Shown here: one piece after another, positions 34,388 through 46,362 of the stretch
Layout of the letters: every line of letters begins with the position of its first letter
How positions within the stretch are numbered: the first letter of the stretch is position 1
Origin: Klebsormidium nitens
Taxonomy: Eukaryota > Plantae > Klebsormidiophyceae
Length of the DNA stretch: 64,000 nt
Reading direction: 5' to 3'
Assembly: GCA_000708835.1 (NCBI GenBank)
Contig: DF236978.1
Location: 1-64,000 of the forward strand
The notes under the pieces: model-generated
The model's input: only the letters and a program-made list of their open reading frames with translations
Database searches by the model: none
Told to the model about the DNA's origin: nothing
Translations under genes and position numbers: made by a program

Positions 34388-37300
34388 CTACAGGCGCTGC
34401 AGCGGCTGGATGCCCAGCAGCTTGAACCCTTGTTGCATCACCTCCGCAGTCACAGCGCACAACAGCAGCCGGCTCGACTCCTCGGGCGAGTTCACCACCT
34501 GCCAATAAGGAAAATGGTCAGCTCACGGGACAACGTCACACCCGCTTCTGGGGGCTCTTGACTAGAGCGGCATGTGATCAATCAAACCGTCAATATAGGC
34601 ATTTGAAAACTGCTTCTACTGAGGTGCTCTGGTGCTGCAAAATCGTGAGGGCCCAGCCAGCTTAGCACGGCGCCGTTATGCGCCCGCTTTCTCCTGACAG
34701 GATTGCCAAGAGACAGCCATGACGGGGGGGGGGCTCGCGTTATCTTGAGGATTGTTGCGGGGCGCTCACCCGGCACTCGGCGTAGAACTCGTTGAACTTT
34801 TCGCTGAGGTCGTACAGGAACTCGCAGACGCCGTTGGGGCTCAGCTCGATGATGGCTTGCTCCACCACCTGGAGACGACCGTGCCAAGAGCGGTGTCAAC
34901 ATAAGCGAACGTGCTTAAAAATGCACGGAACTGACACTCGGTGCGTGCCAATCTCGTTCAATCGGCATGCGCTCCCGTTGAGTATGGAAGCGAAGCAGCA
35001 AGAGACGCAACAAGTAGCTTCAGCAGGAACAACCAGTAGCAACAAGTTGCAACAAGTTACCCGCTTCATAATTACTCCTTGGGATAGACAGCTTGCTATA
35101 CGGAGCGAAAGCATAAATTGCGTGGACGATTTCGCCCTAAAAGTCAAGAAAGCTGAAGACAATCCATTACAACGCCCAACCTGTGCTTAGCACTCAGCAT
35201 CGGCTCAACTTGGAGAGACTAGTGGGTATAAGCGGCCTCACCTCGGAGAAGCGCAGCAGATGCAGCCCAAGTTGTAGCTCCTTCTCGTGGGCCAATTCGA
35301 TGCGCGCGGTCTGAACAGGAAGCAGCATTTCAGAACGCGTCAGCGCGATCAGCATTCCGGTCTCGTCGCAAAATTTACCACGGATATCGAACAGGGTGCG
35401 GGACGTCTCGCGTAGTATCGTCGTGCAAAGGCCGTGACGTCATCTGTTTGTCCGAAGTGATGGAGGGTTATTCAAACCTCCAAAGCGGACACCCAACTTC
35501 GCGCGCTCGCAGGACGAGATCATCTAGCGAACCTTATGCTGCCTGCCAGTAAGTGTTTTTTTAAAACCCCTTTCCCTCGACTCGACCAGATTCCAGGAGT
35601 AAATTCGACTTGCCTGTTTCAGGTCGTCGATGCTCTTGCCGGACTTTCGGATGATGGCAAAGATTCGGGCGAGCGCGTAAAGAAGGTAGACGGCAGTGTT
35701 CCCCTGCAAACAAAGATGAGGGATGTGTAAGGAGGATCGAATCTGCTTCAGACCAACTGTGCTGAGCAGAGATCTTGTAAGTCAGCCGAAGAAAGCTTTC
35801 GCTTCGTGTGGAGGCAAAGGTAAATATTCACGGAAACGTGCAAGCGGGGAGGGTTGTGACTGTACCTTCAACTCGAGCATGCGGTCAAACGAGAAGGTGT
35901 AGTTGGTCAACCGGTTTTGCTGCAAATCAGCGTACCTGCAGGCACGGGAGTAATCTTAGTTAAGAACCGGAGAAAGAAGACCGTTTTTTTGCAAGGTGCA
36001 AGTCCCTCTCAACCGGCGGAAGCGAAAGCAGGCATAATCCCTAAACCTGAGTACCTTGAAACGTGAGCTTTTGTCAAGCAAGAACTAAGGGCCGCCCTAG
36101 CCATCGGGATCGGCAATCTTGTTTGAAAAGCAAAGCTCAAGACGGGTGACTGTCACAACCGGCACCGAGTTGTGGGACGCACAAAGTGTACCAGAGGCTC
36201 CGTGAGAGCACGTGTGCTGACTCACTTGACGGCTCCGTACCCCACGGCGGCTGCAGCATGCTCCGTCTCCTCTGCTCCGAAGTCCTCTTCTCGCCCTGTG
36301 GAAACCAAGGAAGGTCAGCGCTGCCGATTCAGCATGATTAGAACGATGACGCAAGGAAGATGTGGTCTGTGCCTCGACACGCTCGAACGTCCTGCCGCTT
36401 ATGTTCAGAAAGCTTTTTCCGGTTAAATGCACCCTGCCCGGCAACAATGTCAGTGCCAGGTACTTTGGCGGCTGTTTGCATGGCACAGTATGTCGATCGA
36501 CGGACTTGTTGCAGAAACAGCCCCAGAAGGCAACAATCACAAATCTCTTCCGACGTGGCCCGCAAGCTGTCTGCAAACCATTTTTCCAGCAAATATCCCC
36601 ATACCATCCACCTCGAAGATCCATGAAAAATCACCTCATAAGAGAGCAGAAAGCTTTCCAAAAACTCAGCCCGTTTCGACCATTTTGTGTTTGACGTGCA
36701 ACACACCTTGATGCAACACACAGTTGCCTGCCAGGCGAGCTCAGCGGAATCTCAAAACGTCAAGTTCCTCTTGATAGTCTGCAATACACTCCGTTTCTCA
36801 CCCCGTTCGACCATTTGCTGTTTGCAGCGCAGCTTGGCCTCGTCCAGCAGGTCCACGAGGCGCACCACCTCAGAGCTGCGCGTGCGGAAGCGCTTCCCGT
36901 CGTCGCCAAGCACCAGGCCGAAGCCCACGTGGTCGACACGTGGCGTGGGCGGGAGCGCGTCCTTGTCCTTGGACTCCTCGGGGATCCAGCCCGCCATCTG
37001 GGCGGCCTGCGATTTGGAAGGAGAGAGAGGTTTCGGGGCCAGAAAGGCTTTCGAAAACGCTTTTGTCATTACATACTTCAAGAACTAAATAGGACTACTA
37101 GAATCGAGAAATTGCTCTCCCCCGGGAATGGGGTAAGGTGGCCTGGTATATTCCAGGACCGTAGCTTGATCAGTACTGACAACGCAGTGAATTTCTGTCG
37201 CCTTAGCATCTGGCTACGAAACTCACGGCCGATCTAGCCGAGGAACGCTGATGTCGTCTTTCGATCCGGATAACTAACGCTACTTCGAATCAGCTTCTCG

Positions 37301-40300
37301 TCAGCTCGTTTCAGCTACGCTACTCATGTCAACGCTGTCAGCGTTTCATTTGCTGCCCCTGATCGGTCCCTCTGGACATACCCTGCAGCCTGATCCAAAC
37401 GAGCCTCGCTATCCGGACTCTCAAAAAGGCGGTTGCCCACCTTGAAGACGCTCTTGAAGTGGTTGCTCTGCCCGACGTCCGTAACATAAATGACCCAGTC
37501 CGCCTTCTCCTCGTTCAGTCTGTACCACATCGCGGTCATGTCCGTCGACGCATAATTGTACCCGCCGTCACTTTTCCGCACCATAAGCGGGTCCTTCTGG
37601 CCCGGGAAGAAGATACACGTGGCGCCGTCGCTGATGGTCGTCAGGCCCTTGTCGTCCAGCATCTTGAGCACGGCCGGGATGTGCGGGTTGTAGAAGCTCT
37701 CGCCCCGCTCCTCTAGTTTCACATCCAGCCGCTGGTACACCGCCTCGAACTCCTTGCGGCTGATGTCGCAGATCTTCTCCCAGGCCTTGCGGTGAACGGG
37801 GTCGCCGCTCTGCAACCAGAGAGAAGGGTGTGACGCCCAAAAGAGCCAAGAGAACAAGGCCTTAAGTGAGCAAAGGTTCGCACAGGCGTTGCACGGCACC
37901 GGCGCCAATGTTTTGTGGAAACAGAGCGTAAGCTTTGAGAGCCATGTCTTTTGCAGGCCCGGACCGACGGAGAGTGATCAACATCGGCTCAAGAAGCTCC
38001 GGAGGGACTACAGATCGGCCCAGATTCATCCAGTCAAGAACCAATGACCGGCCTGAACCCTCGAAACGACGCTCGTTCGGCTGTTGATCAAACGTCACGC
38101 ACCTGCAGTTTGACGACGGCCTGCTGCGAGCGTTCCTTGAAGTCCGGGTCCTCGTCGAAGCGCTTCTTGGAGGCCTTGTAAAACACCTGGAGGTCGCCAA
38201 TCTTGTGCTCGATGTCGGTCAGTGCGTCAGCGCCCCCCGCCTCATCGAACAGGTACTGGATGAGCATCCCGAACTGCGTGCCCCAATCGCCCACATGGTT
38301 CCGGCGCAGCACGTCGACGCCCGTGTACTCGATCATGCGCGCAATGCTGTCGCCTGAGAGCAGATTCGCAACGGTTCTTTAGAATCCATGAGGAGGGCTT
38401 TGAAGAACCTGAAGTTGATCAAGCTTAAGCCGAAAAACTGCAAAGCGCTTGAAAGATCTAAAAGGGGCAACTGAGACATTACTGGTCGTATCCCTGACTC
38501 TGGACTTGAGTGCCGCCCAATCGCACAACCTTTCTAGCGCACTTGATACTCGTTTCTGCTTTTCACGCAGCGCACCGTGACTCAATCATGCTCGCGATGC
38601 TGTCGCCTAGAAGATCAACGGGCAACGACCAGGAACCCACTATTGCGAGGGCAATACTTCTTTAGTCTTCACAACTTCATAAGCATCGCTGTGCAATGTC
38701 CTTCGAACATCTCGTGAACAAGCTGCGGATGACCCATCTTGTTTCGTCTGTCGTTCTAGATCGTGCAACAATCCCTAATTCAACAACCATCGATTTGTTG
38801 GGAGCTTCCACAAGCAGTGCTAATGATCGAGGGATCAACACTTTCAAATTAATGCCCTCGATCGCTTTGCCTTCTAACTTTTTTCCAAAAGCAATTTTCA
38901 AATGCAGATTCAAGGAACCGCGAACCCCTTTCGATCATGACCTCTAGGTCCCTCAAGCGATCCCACAAGGACAAGTTCGACTCCGAACTCGGTCCTCACC
39001 AATGATTGTCGACCGGAGATGCCCCACGTGCATCTCCTTTGCGATATTCGGCGACGAGAAGTCGACCACGACGCGCTTATACGGCAGCAGCGGTGCCCAC
39101 GTGGCCATGCCGTCTTTGAGCACGTTCAGTAGCCGCTGCTCCATCCATTCCGTGCTCAGCTTCAGGTTTACAAAGCCGGGGCCTGCGATGCTTGTGGACG
39201 CGACCATGGGGGACTCGGGAAGTGCTTTTTGGATGGCCTGCAAGCGAAGTGCGGTTTGTTAGAGCGAGGCCCAGGAGAGGGACTTGGAAGAATCTTCTAT
39301 CAATTCGGCCAGACACCTATCTGGAAAATGATGGGTAGCCAACAACTTTCGATCTTTCTCTTCGGAACACTTTCCTGCACGGACACAAATCAAGAAATAA
39401 AAGAGAGAAAATGAAATGAAAAGCAAACAGGCATAACCAAGGGAGCACAGCGCTTGATCTCAAGAGAGACCCAACAATACGAGCGAAACAAACAAGGCCT
39501 CACTCCGGCTGTGCAGATCAAGTAATGAGAAAATCTTCGGATGCTCACCTCGCCAACGGCGCGTGGGTTCTTGAACTCGCCCTTGCCCTTGACCTTGGCA
39601 AAGAGCGACATGGCGTTGTTGCACTGGTAGTCCCCAAACTTGGGGTTGTTGCAGGCGGCCACCTGGGGGCTCGGCGCCTCCTCCGGAAAACCCCGCTTGA
39701 GTGCCTCCCCAAAGAGAGCCGCCACCTGTGCCTTTACACTGCCCAGCGAGACAGAGGGGGCGCTGGGCTCCTGAGAAAAGGGAAAAGAGAGGCTGATGGT
39801 TTGTGAAGCCAGGAAAGAGGCGATAGAATGAAATTGAAATGGGAGAACAGTTGGGAGAGAGGGAAGAGGGGCTCTTGATGTACTAGCTGGTGGTAAGCCC
39901 AGAAATCATGGCATGAGAGGAGGTTTAAGTGAGAGGGATAAGCAGATTCGGAAGGGCCTGCCAACACAGCGCAACGTGGGGCTAGCTTTGGCTGATTGAC
40001 CATTGGGTACCAGTTCCTCTAGAAGGAGACCTGGGACAATAATGGGGTACAGACTTGCTTCTTTCCCTCTCTGAGTACCTTCTTAAACATTTAGAAGATA
40101 CGGCCCGATAAGTTCCATGAGGCCACAACCAAGCAGGAAACAGAGCCCAGTAATAATCAGGGCAACATGTGATGAACAACTTCAATGCCAGCCACCTGTC
40201 CAGAGACCTTCAATAAACAAGCCTTTGCACACTGCTCAGCAACTTGGATGTAGCAATAAGAAGAAGTTCGCCCTCACCATTGCATCGTCCACTGTCAACT

Positions 40301-40571
40301 TCGAGAGAGCCTCCTTTGTTTCAGCCTCGACCATGGCGCACTGCACTGCGGTGCTCGTGTGCAACTTGCGCTGAGGCAAGAAGGCTTTCGAGCCCTCGAG
40401 CGGGACGCCAAAGAAACTAGGCGTGCCCGCTTTGCAGAGTGTGCTGTCTAGTGTGGCGTGGTGTTTCAAGATAGTGACGGAGCGGGACTGCTTGATGGTG
40501 GCAGAGACTTGGGTTGCTAAGGGACACTGCGACAAGCTCCCTACGCTTTTTAGGCAACTGGCGCTTGGCAT
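34388..40571 (-). CDS. argS: Arginyl-tRNA synthetase (class I)
   Basis: Exons (minus) 40571-40278, 39770-39549, 39237-39000, 38353-38103, 37809-37441, 37006-36802, 36295-36226, 35935-35866, 35703-35614 (GC donor), 35310-35242, 34868-34770, 34498-34388. Motifs: [39 protein letters not shown] (HIGH), [47 protein letters not shown]. Confidence 0.95.
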
Positions 40572-41569
40572 CCGGACTGCGGAAAGAGAGAGGAAGGAGA
40601 AAACTTACAACCTGGAAGTTGTACTGAGGGCAATGCACTATAAACAAATGCTTTAAAGATGGTGCAAGCAGCTAGAAGTTCTTCCTGTACATGATAAGTA
40701 CTCAAGTCGCCACAATCCTGGAAAAAGATGAAGTGCATTGATGAAAATAAAGAGCACGCAATGCAGTACGCGGTGGTCTAAGAACCACCAGTACCAAAGG
40801 CATCGGATAGTTGATGCAAGCGGTCGCCCAACCTGCACAGTCTCCCTAGCATACTGCAAGCAAAGCAAAAGCACAACTTCAAAAACAGAAGGGCTAAACA
40901 AAACAGCAAAGAGAACCCTTCAAAGAAGCCAGGCGGACATGCCCACCAAGAGATCTAACCGATAGGACGAAGAGCATACGGGCTCCCAATCACCTCCGAT
41001 GGCACCTGATCGCTCCTCTAAGAGCCTCTCGCATCAATGTCAATCACATCGAAGAAGAAAGTGATGCTCAGCCATGCGCTACCACACTCTTTTCAAGCCT
41101 TCTCTGCGTATGAATGGGAAAATGGTGCTCATGCCTGCTCATGCGAGGCAAGTGAAGGCAGCATAGGTAGGTAGGTAGATACCTAGGTTGACGTAGAGAC
41201 CACCGGTGTGCGCCTTGGACCTTGGTTTAGTGAGACGTGACATAAACCGATATCAAAACCCAAATTTTGTTGAACGGTAAAGGTAGTGCTCGGCACGCAA
41301 GACCGTTGCCAATTCCTGATTGAACGGAACTTGGAAGTTGGAAGCTGCCTGGTTGAGGAGGGTTACAAAAACTCATTTTGAGCTTGGAGAAGCGCTCTCT
41401 GCGCGAATCAAGGGCGCTCCTCATCCAGCACCGCATACGCCATTTCTGTATCCATTACCTGAAGATTTGAAGTCACGGTTCAAAAGCAGTTCGGCGCCAA
41501 GAGACCTGTTTACAAGTATACATTGCGAGCTGCACCTGGGTTAATTGCTGAAAACGCGGGCGAGCAAAG

Positions 41570-44500
41570 ATGAGGCCTCCAAGAGGTGGCGGTGGTGGTC
41601 GAGGTGCGCAACTGGCTGAACTGCAGTTTTGCATTTTCCAGGGAGTTTCGTCGTTGTTGCCCAACCTTTTCCTCTCCGCTCTCAAAAGCAGACTTCCAAG
41701 TGTAATGAAGAGGCTTCATTACTATTTCACGCATTTTGGTAATGGTTTGCCCCGGATGTTGGTTGGGGCTTCGTCGCATGAGCAGGGAGTGTGTTGTCCA
41801 CAACCCACATTCTCTGTGGAGAAGCTTTCTGCCTCCAATCAATAACTTGCAATTGCTCCCAGAATGCATCGTCTGGGCCCTTCATATACTTTCTTTGCAT
41901 TGGCTCTCTTTGCATTTCCACTTTGACTCTAAGCTTATTGCCGGTTTGTTTTCTTAGGGGGCTTCCGGGGCGGTGGCGGCCAGGGGGGCGACCGTGGGGG
42001 CTTTGGCGGCCGGGGGGGCAGTCGAGGGGGGGGCTTTGGCGGCCGGGGGGGAGATAGAGGGCGTGGCGGAGGCAGGGGACGGGGAGGGGGCCGGGGAGGA
42101 GGACGCGGGGGCATGAAGGGAGGGGCCAAGGTGGTGATCGAGAACCACAGACATGAGGGAGTGTTCATTGCCCGAGGAAAGGAGGATGCGCTTGTGACCA
42201 AGAACATGGTGCCCGGAGACAGCGTGTATGGGGAGAAGAGAATAAGTGTGGAGGTGAGGAGCCGTTGTGCGTGGTAAAGGTGTCTCTTTGCAGCACATTG
42301 GTGGTAATGGTGGATGTCACATTGCAGTCTGTTGGCGCCGCACCCGTCCCAGCGGTCTGGAGCACTCGATCGATTGCTTCCATTTTATGTTTATTTGCAT
42401 CGGTTTGTGGTTTGACCAATGCTGTTCCAAGTTGTATAAGACAGGATTGAAACTGCTTGCAAGAAAGCCTTCACCATTCTGATGAGGTTTTTGCTCTCCA
42501 CTCGCAGGCTGAGGGAGGAGAGAAGACGGAGTACCGAGTATGGAACCCCTTCAGATCAAAGCTGGCGTCCGCGATCTTGGGTGGTGTGGACAACATCTAC
42601 ATTGTAAGCTGCAACAATTTTCATTGTTCCACTTTTTTGATGATTTGGCTTATCATATGTTTTCTATATTATGGAATCCAAGATTGTCGTATCTGAATCG
42701 TCTTGATGCAGCATTGCTCTGTGCCCAAGTATGTTGGCCCTGCGTTGCTTTCTACACGGAAACATTCTCTGCTTTTTGCACATTGTTTGGAGGGTGGTGC
42801 ATCTATTCTGGTTCTTTTGCTTGTTCATGCCAAGTGCCCGTTTGTGCTTGCGGTTTGCATTTTTGCTAGTTTATTCTGATCAAGTGAATGCACAGAAGCC
42901 TGCATCCTGCTTGTTTCTTTTTCCTTTATATGATTGCTGGTTCTTGTAACCACCTGCAGCTTATTGAAGGGAGTTTCAAGCTTGGGAGCGGTTGCTTTCT
43001 GTGTGTACAAGAAAGAAGCGAGCGGAAGTGATGAGTAGCTTGGTCCGTGTTTTTGATGCAGTGCACTCGTGCGCTCATGCAGAAAAACCAACTGCTCCGT
43101 TTTGCCAAACTGATCCGCGCCGCTCTTCCTTCCTCTCTACTTGCAAACCTGTTCTTCTGTCTTGTCTGCTTGGGCAGTGATAGTAGTATGCTTCTTCCTT
43201 TCCAGTGTGCTGTTCCATCTTACCTCATAGAATCTGAAGAGCTCATTCTGGATGCTCCACCTGCCTCTATATACGTCAAGCCTTCCCGTCTCATTGCTTG
43301 TCTCTCATTCATCGTTGCAGAAGCCTGGCGCCCATGTCCTGTACTTGGGCGCTGCATCTGGAACCACCGTTTCCCACGTCTCAGATCTCATCGGGCCGGT
43401 AAGTGGCACATCTTATCGGTCCAAGACTCCGGAAGGCTCCGGAATGTGGAAAAGCCACTGGTGTTCATTCATACCCGGTCATAAGATTCACGTTCAGGTT
43501 TTTCCGGTGGCCCGCTCTCAGTTTTATACTGTGAAAAGGACGCCTGCGTTCTGGTGCAGCGGTTTTGTAGAATAGCACCACCCGTAAGGGGAGGCCTCAC
43601 CGGCAGCCGTTCCACAAAGGACCCTCAAGGACGGTGCGCTAATAATTTGGACTTCAACCTGAATTAGCATTCGGGCAGTGCTCTCCTGCCAGCTTCATAA
43701 CCTGTTGATGAAGAATTCAAAAGTCTGGTTTTTTCGAAATCTCACTGGCTTGATCTGGATGCAGACTGGCATCGTGTACGCCGTCGAGTTCAGCCACCGC
43801 AGTGGGCGCGATCTGGTAAACATGGCCAAGAAGCGTACGAACGTGATTCCCATCATCGAGGACGCTCGGCATCCTGCCCGCTACCGCATGCTCGTCGGCA
43901 TGGTCGACGTCATCTTTGCTGACGTCGCGCAGCCAGACCAGGTGAGCCTCGTAAATTGAGGATGCGCCATCTGGCCGCTTGCGACTAGTTGCTGATGCAC
44001 TTTGTGGAAAGCTGCTTTGCTGAGGTCCGTGCGCATAAAGCGGCGTGATCTGTGGACGCACGTCTTCCCTTGGCGACTGTGACTGTTGCATCTAGTACAC
44101 GAGACTTTCGAGAAGAAAGCCAAAAACGATCTGCTAAGATCTCAGGCCATTTGTCGAAGGATGACAAAGTCTGACGACTTGTTCTTTGGTTGTTGATTCT
44201 CGTGTCTTGGCGGGGCTTCATTTGAAGTCGTGCCTCTCACGAGGGCGTCCCTTTGGATTCCGCTTTTGCTACTTCCGTTGTTATTTCATAAGGATTCGAG
44301 TACCTTCTACACTTTTGTCGGATGACTTGCACTTCTTGCCACCAAGGTAGCCCGATATTGGTTTTGCCGCGACGGTTTCGACCAGGTAATTGTACAAGTG
44401 ATACTGACTGGGCTGCTTTCAGAGTGTTGTAATTTCTGGTTCGGCATATGTTTGCTTAATCTCTGCAAGTTGTGCGTCTGATGTATTCTTTCTGGTGCAA

Positions 44501-45585
44501 AGCATGCCTTCCTTGGTTTTGCTATATGTGTGAAAGTGTGTGTTTTGACCATGAGCTGCGGACAAACGGGGGTGCTGCTTGGGGAAAGCACACACGGAAG
44601 CGGATGATGATAAACCGGATTCGGATTCCCCTTCATGATCAACCGTGAATGACTAAACAACCTGACGCTTACTAATCCGCAGCCCATGCTTTTGTGCGAG
44701 CCTGACTACAGTTGTCTCTTTGTTTACCACATGAACACGTCTTTGCTTTGGTAATAACCAAGTGGATTTCCCCGTCTGCCTTGTTGGCCTCTGTCTTTGT
44801 TGTCGTTGCTTAGCTGTTAAGGAAGCACTGCAAAGTGAGTCTGCCTCTGGTCTCTGCCTCGGTGTATTGAAGTTTGGTGCATGGCATCCGTGCTGGGAAC
44901 CTGTGCTGTTTCTCGCTATCAGGTCAATCTTGATTCTCAGGCTTTGATCATTGGGCTTGGGTGATTGAAAGGAGGCTCTACTTAGGGCTTTCTTTACACT
45001 GTAAAAATGTGTGCTGTTAGCTAACGGTTCCGGTTGCCTTGACTCGTGCTTTTCAGGCGCGTATCGTAGCTATCAACGCCCACCACTTCCTCAAGAATCA
45101 GGGCCACTTCGTTATCTCCATCAAGGTGAGGTTCACAACGGTCTGCAATTGGTTATTTTTGTTCGGCTACAATGGTTATGCCCACGGTTTGAAGATTGGA
45201 AACCAAATGTTTTTAGGGAGCTTCACTCTCAACACGTCAAACTGAAGCATTGTACTACATCAGCAGATTTTGCGGCTGCTTTAGGCAGGCCCTGTCATCT
45301 AGCTATCTCGCCGGACTCGGCCTTTGCATTGTCGCCGGACTCAGCCTTGTAACGACCTCCGCATTTGCGGGATGTTGCTTCCATGTCCTGACTTGTCCAA
45401 GTTCGTGTTTCTAGGCCAACTGCATCGACTCCACGGTTCCTGCTGAGCACGTGTTTGCCAAGGAGGTGGAGAAGCTCAAGGCGGAGAAGTTTAAGCCCAG
45501 CGAGCAGCTGACGCTGGAGCCGTACGAGAGGGACCACGCAGTAGTGGTCGGCGGATACAGGATGCCGCCTAAAAAGAAGGCCTAG
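41570..45585 (+). CDS. FIB: Fibrillarin (rRNA 2'-O-methyltransferase)
   Basis: Exons 41570-41603, 41958-42253 (GAR/RGG domain), 42508-42603, 43321-43398, 43765-43941, 45057-45125, 45415-45585. Motifs: [57 protein letters not shown]. Confidence 0.96.
43022..43118 (+). ncRNA. U18: Box C/D snoRNA, U18/snR18 (SNORD18) homologue, in fibrillarin intron 3
   Basis: Terminal stem GCGGA(43022-26)/TCCGC(43114-18), box C GTGATGA 43028-34, box D CTGA 43110-13. The guide CTTGGTCCGTGTTT (43039-52), followed by D'-like TTGA, is complementary to the conserved LSU rRNA sequence AAACACGGACCAAG. Confidence 0.85.
44598..44670 (+). ncRNA. Box C/D snoRNA in fibrillarin intron 5, guide to LSU rRNA AAGGGGAAUCCGA
   Basis: Terminal stem AAGCG(44598-602)/CGCTT(44666-70), box C ATGATGA 44604-10, guide TCGGATTCCCCTT 44621-33, D'-like ATGA 44635-38, C'-like GTGAATGA 44645-52, box D CTGA 44662-65. 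Confidence 0.75.
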
Positions 45586-46362
45586 AATCTTTGTCGAAGC
45601 ACCGTGGGCTGGTCGAGTCCGGATTGAACTAGAGCGTTATATAGGGTCGTACATATTGCAAATCAAGACAATCTCAAGCTGGCAAGCTCTTGTGGAAGAT
45701 TCCCGGTGGCGCCATGATGACGCGTGGTTGTGATCTTACTTTGCTAAGTCACCAGTCAAATGATTGATGAATTGAACTTGAATGAGACCCCGGTCCATAT
45801 GCAACAGTCCAGCAGGATGATCGCGATTGCACATTGGAGCACGATTTGTGAACCACATGAGGCCGAAGTGCAGTGACCATCATTTGTCTACTGTGGCGCA
45901 GTGTCTCTTATTGCGACATGGCGCATGCAACACAACATACACAAATGCCGCCTTTATGGCCAGTATGTCGAGCATATAGAACTGGTCAATATCGGGAATT
46001 TATCTTCTCACCCAAAACCTTAGTTCCATTGCACTGCACCATCGAGGTCGAAAGTACTCAAACCACAGCAACCCGAATGCAGATCCATGGGTTCCAAGTA
46101 TTGTTTGTGATTACGCATAACGTCGCAGCCGATCGGAGCACACTCGGGACTCAGCTGACAACAGGTGTCAAGACGATATTGGACTCATGCTCAGAGCAGC
46201 TTCTGATTTCTCAACTCCGTGAACGTCTACATCCGGCACCAGATTCTAACCGTTTGTATCAATAGTCTGTTATGAGATCTCTTCCATTCGACGTGGAAAC
46301 CAGGCCCGACCTGCTAAGGATCACTCCTACTTCCTTTCTGCCTCCGCAACAGAAGGTTTTCT

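Noticed and set aside
41958-42112. G-rich low-complexity tract as satellite or G-quadruplex element
   Set aside because: It encodes the Gly/Arg-rich GAR domain of fibrillarin.
42637-42696. Third C/D snoRNA candidate (TGATGA…CTGA) in fibrillarin intron 3
   Set aside because: No terminal stem and no recognisable rRNA/snRNA-complementary guide.
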